A stretch of 23,231 nt of DNA, taken from positions 1-23,231 of the forward strand of contig NZ_JAQFIQ010000036.1 of NCBI RefSeq assembly GCF_029504745.1, given 5' to 3'. Shown here piece by piece: positions 16,501-23,089 of the stretch. Every line of letters starts with the position of its first letter. Within the stretch, counting starts at the first letter, position 1. The notes under the pieces were generated by a model. The model searched no databases. It saw only the letters and a program-made list of their open reading frames with translations, and was not told the DNA's origin. The stretch is from Breznakia sp. PF5-3. Its GTDB lineage: Bacteria > Bacillota_I > Bacilli_A > Erysipelotrichales > Erysipelotrichaceae. The position numbers and the translations under genes were made by a program.

Positions 16501-16634
16501 TGACACCAACAGATGTATTGTTGTCTGATGCAAATGGTGATGGATATATTGATATGGTTGACTTAGGAATGATTCATTATTATGTGAACAATCCAAAAGT
16601 AAAACCTCCAACTATTAAAGTACCAATAGGTTAA
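13539..16634 (+). CDS. Scaffoldin/adaptor-like protein: N-terminal cohesin-like module, 8 Ig-like repeats, C-terminal type-I dockerin
   Basis: SD GAGAAAGGA lies before the ATG. Signal peptide ...GITVAAAEG. Module, repeat and dockerin evidence is listed under separate features. Confidence 0.85.
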   Translation: MKKIIMKSLVLLLAITTILPMSGITVAAAEGIKTDITITRNNGNGAYGEHTHPSYVEDGVQYYREGDIIELDIALPANHGASELWNVVKYDPTQVAVVSTKLNVQSTLGDNYRAKGYEANTNLAYQGTQGLISTTIVRTFYGNDAPDFDTAGGTTAKIYFRVLNDVETVEGTEITFEFPIFQAISRTSITDYEFIHEGFDANRYAETRTVSLESQTIIAKKPTVDFIAEDGFITRSQAQAIGESADLKPYNFVSATASDGQEVAVKATTSSLDTIKAGTLGTYDVTYSYTFEGTPMSKTVKLTVVENDVVISEDRTVALRADSVILTQTQAKALSAKEALLPLNNVFVYLSNGTTATANVDVPEFDKIKAGTIGTYNATYSYGIDKSFASKTVNVVVVKDGSDISDNKKVSLYAKDGFIRESQARALSLRSAVAPYNSAVVTLADGSTTTPTTEIEANAWNKMRAGTLGTYNVYYHHGTGDSEVEMNVKATVISDDAVVSKDETVSLVADDVDMYQEDAKALGKVDDLIDYANAEVTLSDGTKVAPSVETDDFDSIKAGIIGEYEVTFKYGEGDSAVEKTVTITIKEDLRHLISATDNFITQSKAQELTSKESLRAVNSVSVTDYNGVDQDAVVTTSDFNTIKAGTLGSYIITYSYGTGTKEVSVTAKVNVIPDDSIVDGDVSLYARDKAITVTQAKALNTKEDLIPYNEASVRLLDGTTPAPSVAVSVGDWSLINSGKEGSYNVTYSYGTVSKTVKITVVKDGSEESEDKTATLYAKNAFITVSDAKKVSNKTQLIPYNKAEVVLASGDKKVPDVTISNDDLLAISAGTIGGYNVLYSYGSGKQQVQKMVKIVVIADDPIISEDESVALSANDEEIDDAAAKKLTSRNELIDISNAVVTFDDGTTQAPTLAVADEDWDAIRSGKLGTYSLTYSYGTLGNKDYVTKTVSLTVVKLTEDRTLFDYNRDNIINSVDYMYFHELFNNPQFVTPTDVLLSDANGDGYIDMVDLGMIHYYVNNPKVKPPTIKVPIG
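13626..14207 (+). other. Cohesin-like module B
   Basis: GDIIELDIALPANHGASELWNVVKYDPTQVAVVS and GGTTAKIYFRVLNDVETVEGTEITFEFP. Collinear with modules A and C, including the shared YV[DE][DN]G.QYYR[DE]GDII. Confidence 0.65.
14208..16400 (+). repeat. Eight tandem ~91-aa Ig-like protein repeats, same family as 10553-11644
   Basis: Signatures GTLGTYDVTYSY, GTIGTYNATYSY, GTLGTYNVYYHH, GIIGEYEVTFKY, GTLGSYIITYSY, GKEGSYNVTYSY, GTIGGYNVLYSY and GKLGTYSLTYSY. Each is preceded by [VL]xLxAxDxxI..xxAKAL and followed by K.V.[IV].V[VI].D. Confidence 0.85.
16419..16592 (+). other. Type-I dockerin module
   Basis: LFDYNRDNIINSVDYMYFHELF ... LLSDANGDGYIDMVDLGMIHYYVNN. The second segment matches the dockerin at 11651-11824 at 24 of 26 residues (my own count). 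Confidence 0.8.
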
Positions 16635-16661
16635 AACATTTTTAAAGAAAGGGCGATTCAT

Positions 16662-17882
16662 ATGAAAAAAAGATTTATAAAACTAGCAATAATAATTTTT
16701 ACTATATCAATAACTATACCACCCAAAATAAATATCTCTGCAGAAGTAAATAAGAACTTAGTTGGAGATCAAAATTGGGTTAACAATGAAACGCCTATTT
16801 CTAAGCTGGGAGCCTTAGTCGAGAAATCGACTAGGGTTCTTAGTGCAAATGTTATGAATCACAATGTAGCGAATTCAAGAGCATTAACACCGTCATTTGA
16901 TGTAGCACCGATTGTTGAAATATCAAGAAATGATGGTGGCGGTGTATATGGTAGTCCAAAATATGATAGCTATGTAGAAAATGGGACACAGTATTATCGA
17001 GATGGTGATATTATACGTGTAAAAATATCTTTACCTGCTGGTCATGGATCGACAGGTTACTCTAATGTGATAAAATACGATTCATCCAAATTACAGTTGG
17101 TGTCGGATTTTAATGCGATTAGAAGTTCTATAGGGAAAAACTATACAGGATGGGATGCATATGCAGCATATTATAGTGGGGATAAAAACTGTATTCGTCA
17201 TTATGCTGTTTCACAATCACAAGAATATCAAGGTGGACAAGTGGCAACCCTTTATTTTAGAGTTCGAACAGGTACGGAAACAGAAGGTGGAACAAATATG
17301 GTATTTGAATTCCCAATGTTTCAATCAACAACAAAATTGGCTGGGGATGAATATCCAATAAAAAACCATCGTGGTTATAATGCAGGTGATCCATCAACTG
17401 AATATATGACAGTGGGAAGTGTTTCTATTCAGTCCAAGAAACCGTCAAATAACGGAATTGGGACGAACCCTTCTCAACCAGAAAAGCCAGGACCTGGAAA
17501 ACCATCTATCACTCCAGGGATAAATACAGATAAAGAAAAAGTTATCAATGAAAATTTTACTCCTGAACAACTTGAAAAAATAGCTGAAATTAGTAGCAAG
17601 TATCTGTATTCACTTGATCGTCTTTCAAATGGAATTTATGGTCTTGATGAATATGATTCAATATTAAAAGATTTACGTTCAAAAGGTAATACATCTTCTG
17701 GGGTACGTTATAAAAAATCATCTTTTGATAACAAAGGAATCATGGGTAGTAAGAATAGCATATCAAGCGGTTCTTCAAATTACTATATGCTTTTCTTATT
17801 GTTGAGTATTTTGGTTGTAATTATGACGTTATCTTATGATTATTATGAAGATCGTAAATTAAAAGAAAAGTTGGAGGACTAA
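16662..17882 (+). CDS. Membrane-anchored cohesin protein: signal peptide, cohesin-like module, Pro-rich linker, unknown ~90-aa region, C-terminal TM helix
   Basis: SD GAAAGGG lies before the ATG. Signal peptide ...PPKINISAEV. Cohesin-like module at 16887-17438. Linker NPSQPEKPGPGKPSITPG. C-terminal YYMLFLLLSILVVIMTLSY followed by the charged EDRKLKEKLED. No LPXTG-like motif. Confidence 0.8.
   Translation: MKKRFIKLAIIIFTISITIPPKINISAEVNKNLVGDQNWVNNETPISKLGALVEKSTRVLSANVMNHNVANSRALTPSFDVAPIVEISRNDGGGVYGSPKYDSYVENGTQYYRDGDIIRVKISLPAGHGSTGYSNVIKYDSSKLQLVSDFNAIRSSIGKNYTGWDAYAAYYSGDKNCIRHYAVSQSQEYQGGQVATLYFRVRTGTETEGGTNMVFEFPMFQSTTKLAGDEYPIKNHRGYNAGDPSTEYMTVGSVSIQSKKPSNNGIGTNPSQPEKPGPGKPSITPGINTDKEKVINENFTPEQLEKIAEISSKYLYSLDRLSNGIYGLDEYDSILKDLRSKGNTSSGVRYKKSSFDNKGIMGSKNSISSGSSNYYMLFLLLSILVVIMTLSYDYYEDRKLKEKLED
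16887..17438 (+). other. Cohesin-like module C
   Basis: TPSFDVAPIVEISRNDGGGVYG (compare TPSFDVEPTITITRNDGGGLYYG in module A), GDIIRVKISLPAGHGSTGYSNVIKYDSSKLQLVS, and GGQVATLYFRVRTGTETEGGTNMVFEFP. Confidence 0.65.
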
Positions 17883-17883
17883 T

Positions 17884-18063
17884 ATGGCTACATTATATTT
17901 AATAATATCAATTATCATATTTATATGTACTTGTTTCTTTTGTTTTATATACTTACGAAGAAGAAATGCAATGCGTCGTGAAGCATTAGCGATTTATGAA
18001 GAAGTGCAAAGACATCAATGTATAAAATCATCTAGTTCAAAACCATTGGAAGAACGTGTATGA
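17884..18063 (+). CDS. Small (59 aa) single-pass membrane protein, absent from the supplied ORF track
   Basis: GGAGG at 17873-17877 sits 6 nt before the ATG at 17884, which follows the upstream stop (17880-17882) by 1 nt. My translation is MATLYLIISIIIFICTCFFCFIYLRRRNAMRREALAIYEEVQRHQCIKSSSSKPLEERV. The TGA at 18061-18063 overlaps the next ATG at 18060 (ATGA). Confidence 0.6.
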   Translation: MATLYLIISIIIFICTCFFCFIYLRRRNAMRREALAIYEEVQRHQCIKSSSSKPLEERV

Positions 18064-18512
18064 AAAAAATAAGTATAGTTATAGCAATGATGCTTTGCAT
18101 TCTTATCGGATGTGAAAGTAATGAAGAAAAAAAGACCGTATGTGAAAATTTGCAAATTGAAGATTCTGCAATTAGAGAACAACATCAGATTTATTATATA
18201 CAGGATGAAGTTAGTAAAATTGAAATGACCAATACATTTGATCTAACAAAAACTAGTATTCAAGAAAATTCTTTAGATTCATATAAAGAAAGTATGGAAG
18301 CGCGATATAAAGGTGCAAAAGGAATTACCTATTCTTTTGAATCTAACGATAATGATTTCAAAGAAATCCTTGTTTTTGAGATTAGTGATGATAATTTAAA
18401 AGGTACTTTGATGCAAAATTTATTACTTACATATTATGGAGTTGAGGATAATAATCTTGATGCAAAGACGATTATCAAGCATTTAAAAGACAAAGGAATG
18501 AAGTGTAAATAG
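18060..18512 (+). CDS. Lipoprotein of unknown function (possibly YehR/DUF1307-like)
   Basis: Lipobox MKKISIVIAMMLCILIGC/ESNEE. About 130 aa of mature hydrophilic protein. Last gene of the cohesin-dockerin operon, translationally coupled to the small ORF. The family assignment rests only on size and loose pattern. Confidence 0.7.
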   Translation: MKKISIVIAMMLCILIGCESNEEKKTVCENLQIEDSAIREQHQIYYIQDEVSKIEMTNTFDLTKTSIQENSLDSYKESMEARYKGAKGITYSFESNDNDFKEILVFEISDDNLKGTLMQNLLLTYYGVEDNNLDAKTIIKHLKDKGMKCK

Positions 18513-18520
18513 TGATGTAT

Positions 18521-18550
18521 AAAGAGTATTGATATCAATACTCTTTTTTT
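18521..18550 (+). terminator. Rho-independent terminator ending the cohesin-dockerin operon
   Basis: Palindrome AAAGAGTATTGATATCAATACTCTTT followed by a T-run (CTCTTTTTTTGC). Confidence 0.8.
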
Positions 18551-18873
18551 GCTTTATATAGAGTTCAATAATTCCAGAAAAGTGCAAAAACTACCACCTC
18601 AATATACACCAATCATAAAATATATTATAATGTAGGTGAAAGGAAGGAGAGGACTAGAATGGTAAGAAATTTATTTTTTAATATGAGTGAAATAGTGGAA
18701 TACAATAAGTCTATACTCCTTATGGTGGACAAAAGCCGTATTTCCTAATTCTTCGTTAGTAGCGAAGTAAAAGATAAGTATATGAGAAGGATGAGTATTA
18801 TTATATAACACATTGAAAATCAAAACGGTATATAAGAGCATAATAAGAAATGATTCATTCTTTTCATATCAAA

Positions 18874-18907
18874 GAGGCCTACTTGAAAAAGTAGGTCTTA
18901 TTTTTTA
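18874..18907 (+). terminator. Rho-independent terminator of a short orphan transcript
   Basis: GAGGCCTAC (18874-18882) pairs with GTAGGTCTT (18891-18899, including two G-U pairs). The loop is 8 nt, followed by ATTTTTTATT. Confidence 0.6.
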
Positions 18908-18937
18908 TTAAAACAATAAAAAACAATAATAAATACT

Positions 18938-18965
18938 TTGACAACAATAAAAACTAATATATAAT
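18938..18965 (+). promoter_or_regulatory. Sigma-A-type promoter of the glycyl-radical enzyme operon
   Basis: TTGACA (18938-18943), a 16-nt spacer, TATAAT (18960-18965). GGAGG at 18993-18997 sits 6 nt before the ATG at 19004. Confidence 0.55.
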
Positions 18966-19003
18966 ATAAATGTAAAAGATTAATTATTTATTGGAGGTAC
19001 TTT

Positions 19004-21355
19004 ATGGAGCTAAAACAGAGTAGTCGAATTGCTATTTTAAAAGAGAAAATGCTTTCGCAAAAACGGTATGTAAGTATTGAGCAAGCAAAAATCATTACGG
19101 ATGTTTATAAGCGAAATGAGAATAAACCAATGATATTAAAGAGAGCATTGGCTTTAAAAGAAGCGCTTGAATATATTGAGATAGGAATTGAACCAGAAGA
19201 ACAAATTGTTGGTAATCGTACAAAGGGAGTTCGCTCAGGAGTAGTGTTTCCTGAAGGTGGCTGTTCTTGGGTAGATAGGGAATTGGAAACCTTGCCTAAA
19301 AGACCACAAGATAAATTTCATGTTCATCCAGAGGATATTCAAACCTTTAGAGAAGTAATATTACCATATTGGCAAGGAAAATCATTAGAAGATGTAATTG
19401 CATATCGTGGTGGTGAACAGATAACTGCGATTTCAAAGGTCGCGAAAATTAATCAAACGGATCATGCACAAGGGCATATTTGTCCCAATTGTGAGACGTG
19501 GTTAGAAAAAGGGCCGGCAATTTTAAAGGCAGAGGCATTAGCTAAAATAGATAGTGCACCAGCTGAGCAAAAGGATTTTTATGAAAGTATTGTGATTGTA
19601 ATGGATGGTGCAATCATGTTTATGCAAAGATATCGTGATTTATTAAAAGAAACAGCAAGTAGGGCTGAGAATAAAGGATATAGAGAAGATTTACTTAACC
19701 TGTCAGGTATTTGTGATCGACTGAGTAAATACCCTGCACAGAGCTTCCATGAAGCTGTACAATCAGTTTGGTTTTTGTTTGTAATTTTACAGATGGAATC
19801 AAATGCTTCTTCTTTCTCTCCGGGACGAATGGATAAATTTTTATATCCATATTATCGTAATGATATTGATCATCACATAATAGATGATCAGCAAGCTTTA
19901 GAACTCATAGAATCGATTTGGCTAAAGTTTAATCAAATTGTGTATTTACGAAACAAAAGTGGGGCGAAATATTTTGCTGGTTTTCCGATTGGCTTCAATA
20001 TTGCTATTGGTGGATTGGATGAAAAAGGAGAAGCTTATGAAAATGAATTATCTTATTTGTTTTTAAAAGCACAAGAACACTTAGGGTTGCCTCAACCCAA
20101 CCTTTCGCTGAGATTGAATCATAAGACAAGTGATAAACTATTAAAAGCATCTATTCATGTTGTTGCCAAGGGAAGTGGAATGCCACAGTTTTTCAATGAT
20201 GAATGTATTGTTCCTGGAATGATTGATTTAGGAATTGAGAAAAAAGATGCTATGGACTATGCGATTGTAGGATGTGTAGAACTAACAACCCAAGGAAACA
20301 ATTTAGGTTGGAGTGATTCTGCTATGTTTAATTTTAATAAAGCATTGGAATTAACTCTAAATCATGGAACCTGTTTGATTACCAATCAAAAGTTGGCACC
20401 AGATTTTGGTGGTTTAGAAATCTATGACACTTACGAAGCATTAGAAATAGCATTTGAAAAGACCATTGATTTTTATATGGAACAGATGATTGCATGTTGT
20501 GAAATTGTTGAAAAAGCTCATATTGATATTCTTCCTTCACCGTTTCTTTCTTCAGTGATTGACAATTGTATGGAAAAGGGAGTTGATGTAACAGCAGGAG
20601 GAGCAAAATATAATTTAAATGGAATTCAAATGATTCAAGTAGCAAATCTAGCTGATTCACTTGCAGCATTAAAAAAACTTGTCTATGAAGAAAAACGAAT
20701 TCAAAGAAAAGCTTTATTAAATGCATTACAAACAAATTTCGAAAATAATGAAATCATGCGTCAAATATTACTAAACAAGGTAGATAAGTATGGAAATGAT
20801 GTAGAATGGGTAGATACATTAGGTATCACATGGGCAAAGAAGTTTAGGAATAAATTACGTTCATTCAAAAATTATCGTGGTGGTGTTTATCATACAGGTA
20901 TGTATACAGTAAGCGCCCATGTTCCTATGGGAGAAAATGTAGGAGCTAGTCCAGATGGGAGGTTCTCACAAACACCTTTAGCAGATGGGGGGATGTCAGC
21001 TGTATATGGAAGGGATACAAAAGGTCCTACTGCGGTGTTTAAATCTGTGTCTAGGATAGATAACGATCTAACAACCAATGGTGGGTTGTTGAATATGAAG
21101 TTTTTACCAACGTTCTTCAAACATGATACAGGCATTGATAAATTTTCATCATTTTTACGTTCATTTGTTGATTTGAAAATTCCTCATGTGCAGTTTAATG
21201 TTGTTTGTAAAGAAGATTTATTGGCTGCCCAAGAGCATCCAGAACAATATCGTTCATTGACGATTCGAGTTGCTGGATATACAGCATACTTCACGGAATT
21301 GGCAGGGGAATTGCAAAATGAAATCATTGCAAGAACAAGTTATGAAGATATCTAA
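19004..21355 (+). CDS. Glycyl radical enzyme of the PFL2/1,2-eliminase class, YbiW/PflD-like (candidate anhydrohexitol-6-phosphate C-O lyase)
   Basis: 783 aa. C-terminal glycyl-radical fingerprint TIRVAGYTAYF (RVAGY at 21266-21280, Gly codon 21275-21277). Single-Cys loop AIVGCVELT (Cys codon 20273-20275) with the adjacent Glu typical of dehydratase/eliminase GREs, not the CC of pyruvate formate-lyase. Followed by an activase and an FSA-type aldolase. Confidence 0.85.
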   Translation: MELKQSSRIAILKEKMLSQKRYVSIEQAKIITDVYKRNENKPMILKRALALKEALEYIEIGIEPEEQIVGNRTKGVRSGVVFPEGGCSWVDRELETLPKRPQDKFHVHPEDIQTFREVILPYWQGKSLEDVIAYRGGEQITAISKVAKINQTDHAQGHICPNCETWLEKGPAILKAEALAKIDSAPAEQKDFYESIVIVMDGAIMFMQRYRDLLKETASRAENKGYREDLLNLSGICDRLSKYPAQSFHEAVQSVWFLFVILQMESNASSFSPGRMDKFLYPYYRNDIDHHIIDDQQALELIESIWLKFNQIVYLRNKSGAKYFAGFPIGFNIAIGGLDEKGEAYENELSYLFLKAQEHLGLPQPNLSLRLNHKTSDKLLKASIHVVAKGSGMPQFFNDECIVPGMIDLGIEKKDAMDYAIVGCVELTTQGNNLGWSDSAMFNFNKALELTLNHGTCLITNQKLAPDFGGLEIYDTYEALEIAFEKTIDFYMEQMIACCEIVEKAHIDILPSPFLSSVIDNCMEKGVDVTAGGAKYNLNGIQMIQVANLADSLAALKKLVYEEKRIQRKALLNALQTNFENNEIMRQILLNKVDKYGNDVEWVDTLGITWAKKFRNKLRSFKNYRGGVYHTGMYTVSAHVPMGENVGASPDGRFSQTPLADGGMSAVYGRDTKGPTAVFKSVSRIDNDLTTNGGLLNMKFLPTFFKHDTGIDKFSSFLRSFVDLKIPHVQFNVVCKEDLLAAQEHPEQYRSLTIRVAGYTAYFTELAGELQNEIIARTSYEDI

Positions 21356-22265
21356 TAAGTGTGGAACGGTGTTTGATATTAAACGTTTTGCTACGCATGA
21401 TGGTGAGGGAATTCGAACAACTATTTTCTTAAAAGGGTGTCCATTAAACTGTGTTTGGTGTCAAAATCCAGAAGGTATTCAAAAGCAACGTCAAGTTTTA
21501 TATTTGAAGCGTAAATGTATTAAATGTGGACTTTGTGTAAAAGCTTCTACACATGGAGGCATAAAGATGACAAGTGATGGTATTCTTTATGAACGTAATA
21601 TAGAGGAAGATTGGGATCATATTTTATATCTTTGTCCAACTAATGCGCTTCACTTTGATAGTAGAGAATATACGCTTACAGAAATCATGAATGAAATAGC
21701 AAAGGATCAAGTATTTTATAAGCATAATGGAGGCGTTACCCTTTCGGGTGGAGAACCTTTGTATCAATTTGATTTTGCTTATGCAATTGCTAAAGAATGC
21801 AAAGCAAAGGGAATACATGTCGCTATTGAAACAACCTTAGCTATCGACAAAGAAAAATTACAACAGATAGTACCTTATTTGGATCAGATATATGTAGATT
21901 TAAAAATTATGGATGATAAACAACATCGCACATATGTAGGAGCTGGTAATAAGCAGATACTTGCAAACATTTCATATTTATTAACATCAGAATATAAAGA
22001 TAAGGTTATCATTAGAACACCACTTATTCCCAAATTGAGTGCTACAAAAACAAATATTAAGCAAATTTCAAAATTTATAAGTAATTTGGATTCAGAAGTA
22101 AGGTATGAATTATTGAATTATAATCCATTGGCAAAAGCTAAATATGAATACCTTAATCAACCATATTGTTTTGATCAAAATCCAGACCCCTTTACCCAAA
22201 GTGAGATGGAATCGTATTATGAACTAGCAAGAAGTAATGGAATAAAACATATAATTGTAGAATAA
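21318..22265 (+). CDS. Glycyl-radical enzyme activating enzyme (radical SAM, with ferredoxin-like insert)
   Basis: GTVFDIKRFATHDGEGIRTTIFLKGCPLNCVWCQNPE with CxxxCxxC at 21438-21461. Auxiliary Cys motifs CIKCGLCVKA ... CPTNAL. SAM-binding GGVTLSGGEP. The start is uncertain: AGGGGA precedes the ATG at 21318, the ATG at 21342 is also possible, and the track start at 21270 is an 86-nt overlap with no SD. Confidence 0.85.
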   Translation: MKSLQEQVMKISNKCGTVFDIKRFATHDGEGIRTTIFLKGCPLNCVWCQNPEGIQKQRQVLYLKRKCIKCGLCVKASTHGGIKMTSDGILYERNIEEDWDHILYLCPTNALHFDSREYTLTEIMNEIAKDQVFYKHNGGVTLSGGEPLYQFDFAYAIAKECKAKGIHVAIETTLAIDKEKLQQIVPYLDQIYVDLKIMDDKQHRTYVGAGNKQILANISYLLTSEYKDKVIIRTPLIPKLSATKTNIKQISKFISNLDSEVRYELLNYNPLAKAKYEYLNQPYCFDQNPDPFTQSEMESYYELARSNGIKHIIVE

Positions 22266-22276
22266 AAGGAGATATT

Positions 22277-22963
22277 ATGAAATTATTAATTGATAATGCA
22301 AATATAGAGGACATTAAAAGAATATATGAATATTATCCAATGGATGGTGTAACATGCAATCCAACTATTTTATTGAAGGAAGGAAAGAATCCGTATAAGA
22401 TATTAAAAGAAATCCGTGAATTTATTGGAAGTGATGCCCAATTACATGTGCAAGTAATATCATTAGTAGCAGAAGAAATGGTGAAAGAAGCGCATCAAAT
22501 TCAAAAAATATTAGGAAAGCATACATTTATTAAAATCCCAGTGATTCCAGAAGGTCTAAAAGCGATAAAGCAATTGGCTAGTGAAGGGGTAAATGTCACA
22601 GGAACGGCGGTTTATTCACCCATGCAGGGGTATTTAGCGGGCAAAGCAGGAGCGAAGTATGTAGCGCCATATGTAAATCGAATTGATAATCTTGGTTACA
22701 ATGGTATTGCTGTTGCGAAACAAATTCATGATATGCTAAAAGATACCAATATAGATTGTGAAGTAATAGCAGCTAGTTTTAAAAATGCTCAACAGGTAAT
22801 TGAATTATGCGAGTATGGAGTAGGGGCTTCAACTATATCTGCAGATGTGGTCGAAGGGCTTATAAAAAATGACACAATCAATGCAGCAGTGGATGTCTTT
22901 GTTAAAGATTTTGAAACATTGTGTGGAACCCATGCAACCATGCTTACTTGTCTTGATGATTAA
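22277..22963 (+). CDS. fsa: Fructose-6-phosphate aldolase / TalC-type transaldolase-family enzyme
   Basis: AAGGAGA SD before the ATG. N-terminus MKLLIDNANIEDIKRIYEYYPMDGVTCNPTIL matches the FSA/TalC signature. The Schiff-base Lys context is TFIKIPV (Lys codon 22532-22534, residue 86). The 228-aa size matches short FSA-type enzymes. Confidence 0.8.
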   Translation: MKLLIDNANIEDIKRIYEYYPMDGVTCNPTILLKEGKNPYKILKEIREFIGSDAQLHVQVISLVAEEMVKEAHQIQKILGKHTFIKIPVIPEGLKAIKQLASEGVNVTGTAVYSPMQGYLAGKAGAKYVAPYVNRIDNLGYNGIAVAKQIHDMLKDTNIDCEVIAASFKNAQQVIELCEYGVGASTISADVVEGLIKNDTINAAVDVFVKDFETLCGTHATMLTCLDD

Positions 22964-22979
22964 AAACTTTCAAAAAAAA

Positions 22980-23009
22980 TTGACATTACAATCGTAATCG
23001 ATATATAAT
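22980..23009 (+). promoter_or_regulatory. Sigma-A-type promoter for a downstream transcription unit beyond the window
   Basis: TTGACA (22980-22985), an 18-nt spacer, TATAAT (23004-23009). Confidence 0.5.
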
Positions 23010-23056
23010 TTGTATAACAAAAGAAAACGCTTTCACCTACAACAAGGTGAGAGAGT

Positions 23057-23089
23057 GAGTATGTTACTGGAATGCAGGCAGACTCAAAC
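23057..23089 (+). promoter_or_regulatory. RAT (ribonucleic antiterminator) site for a BglG/SacY/LicT-family antiterminator
   Basis: GAGTATGTTACTGGAATGCAGGCAGACTCAAAC compared with B. subtilis RAT sequences of the form GGATTGTTACTG-(4-5 nt)-GCAGGCAAAACCTAAA. The TGTTACTG and GCAGGCA cores are identical. The 3' part overlaps the 5' arm of the terminator, as in known RAT/terminator pairs. Confidence 0.6.

Noticed and set aside
17155-17361. 68-aa plus-strand ORF
   Set aside because: It is an out-of-frame ORF inside cohesin-like module C of the 16662-17882 gene. It has no SD and implausible composition.
519-21818. All other minus-strand ORFs in the track (519-797, 1688-2029, 3034-3237, 3680-3907, 3855-4121, 4009-4299, 5728-5946, 5984-6178, 6138-6365, 13448-13651, 13935-14126, 14396-14644, 14681-14953, 20379-20735, 20890-21135, 21624-21818)
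   Set aside because: Each is short (63-118 aa) and overlaps or is embedded in a long plus-strand CDS with strong domain evidence. Each translates to Cys/Phe/Ile-rich or low-complexity sequence with no recognisable motifs.
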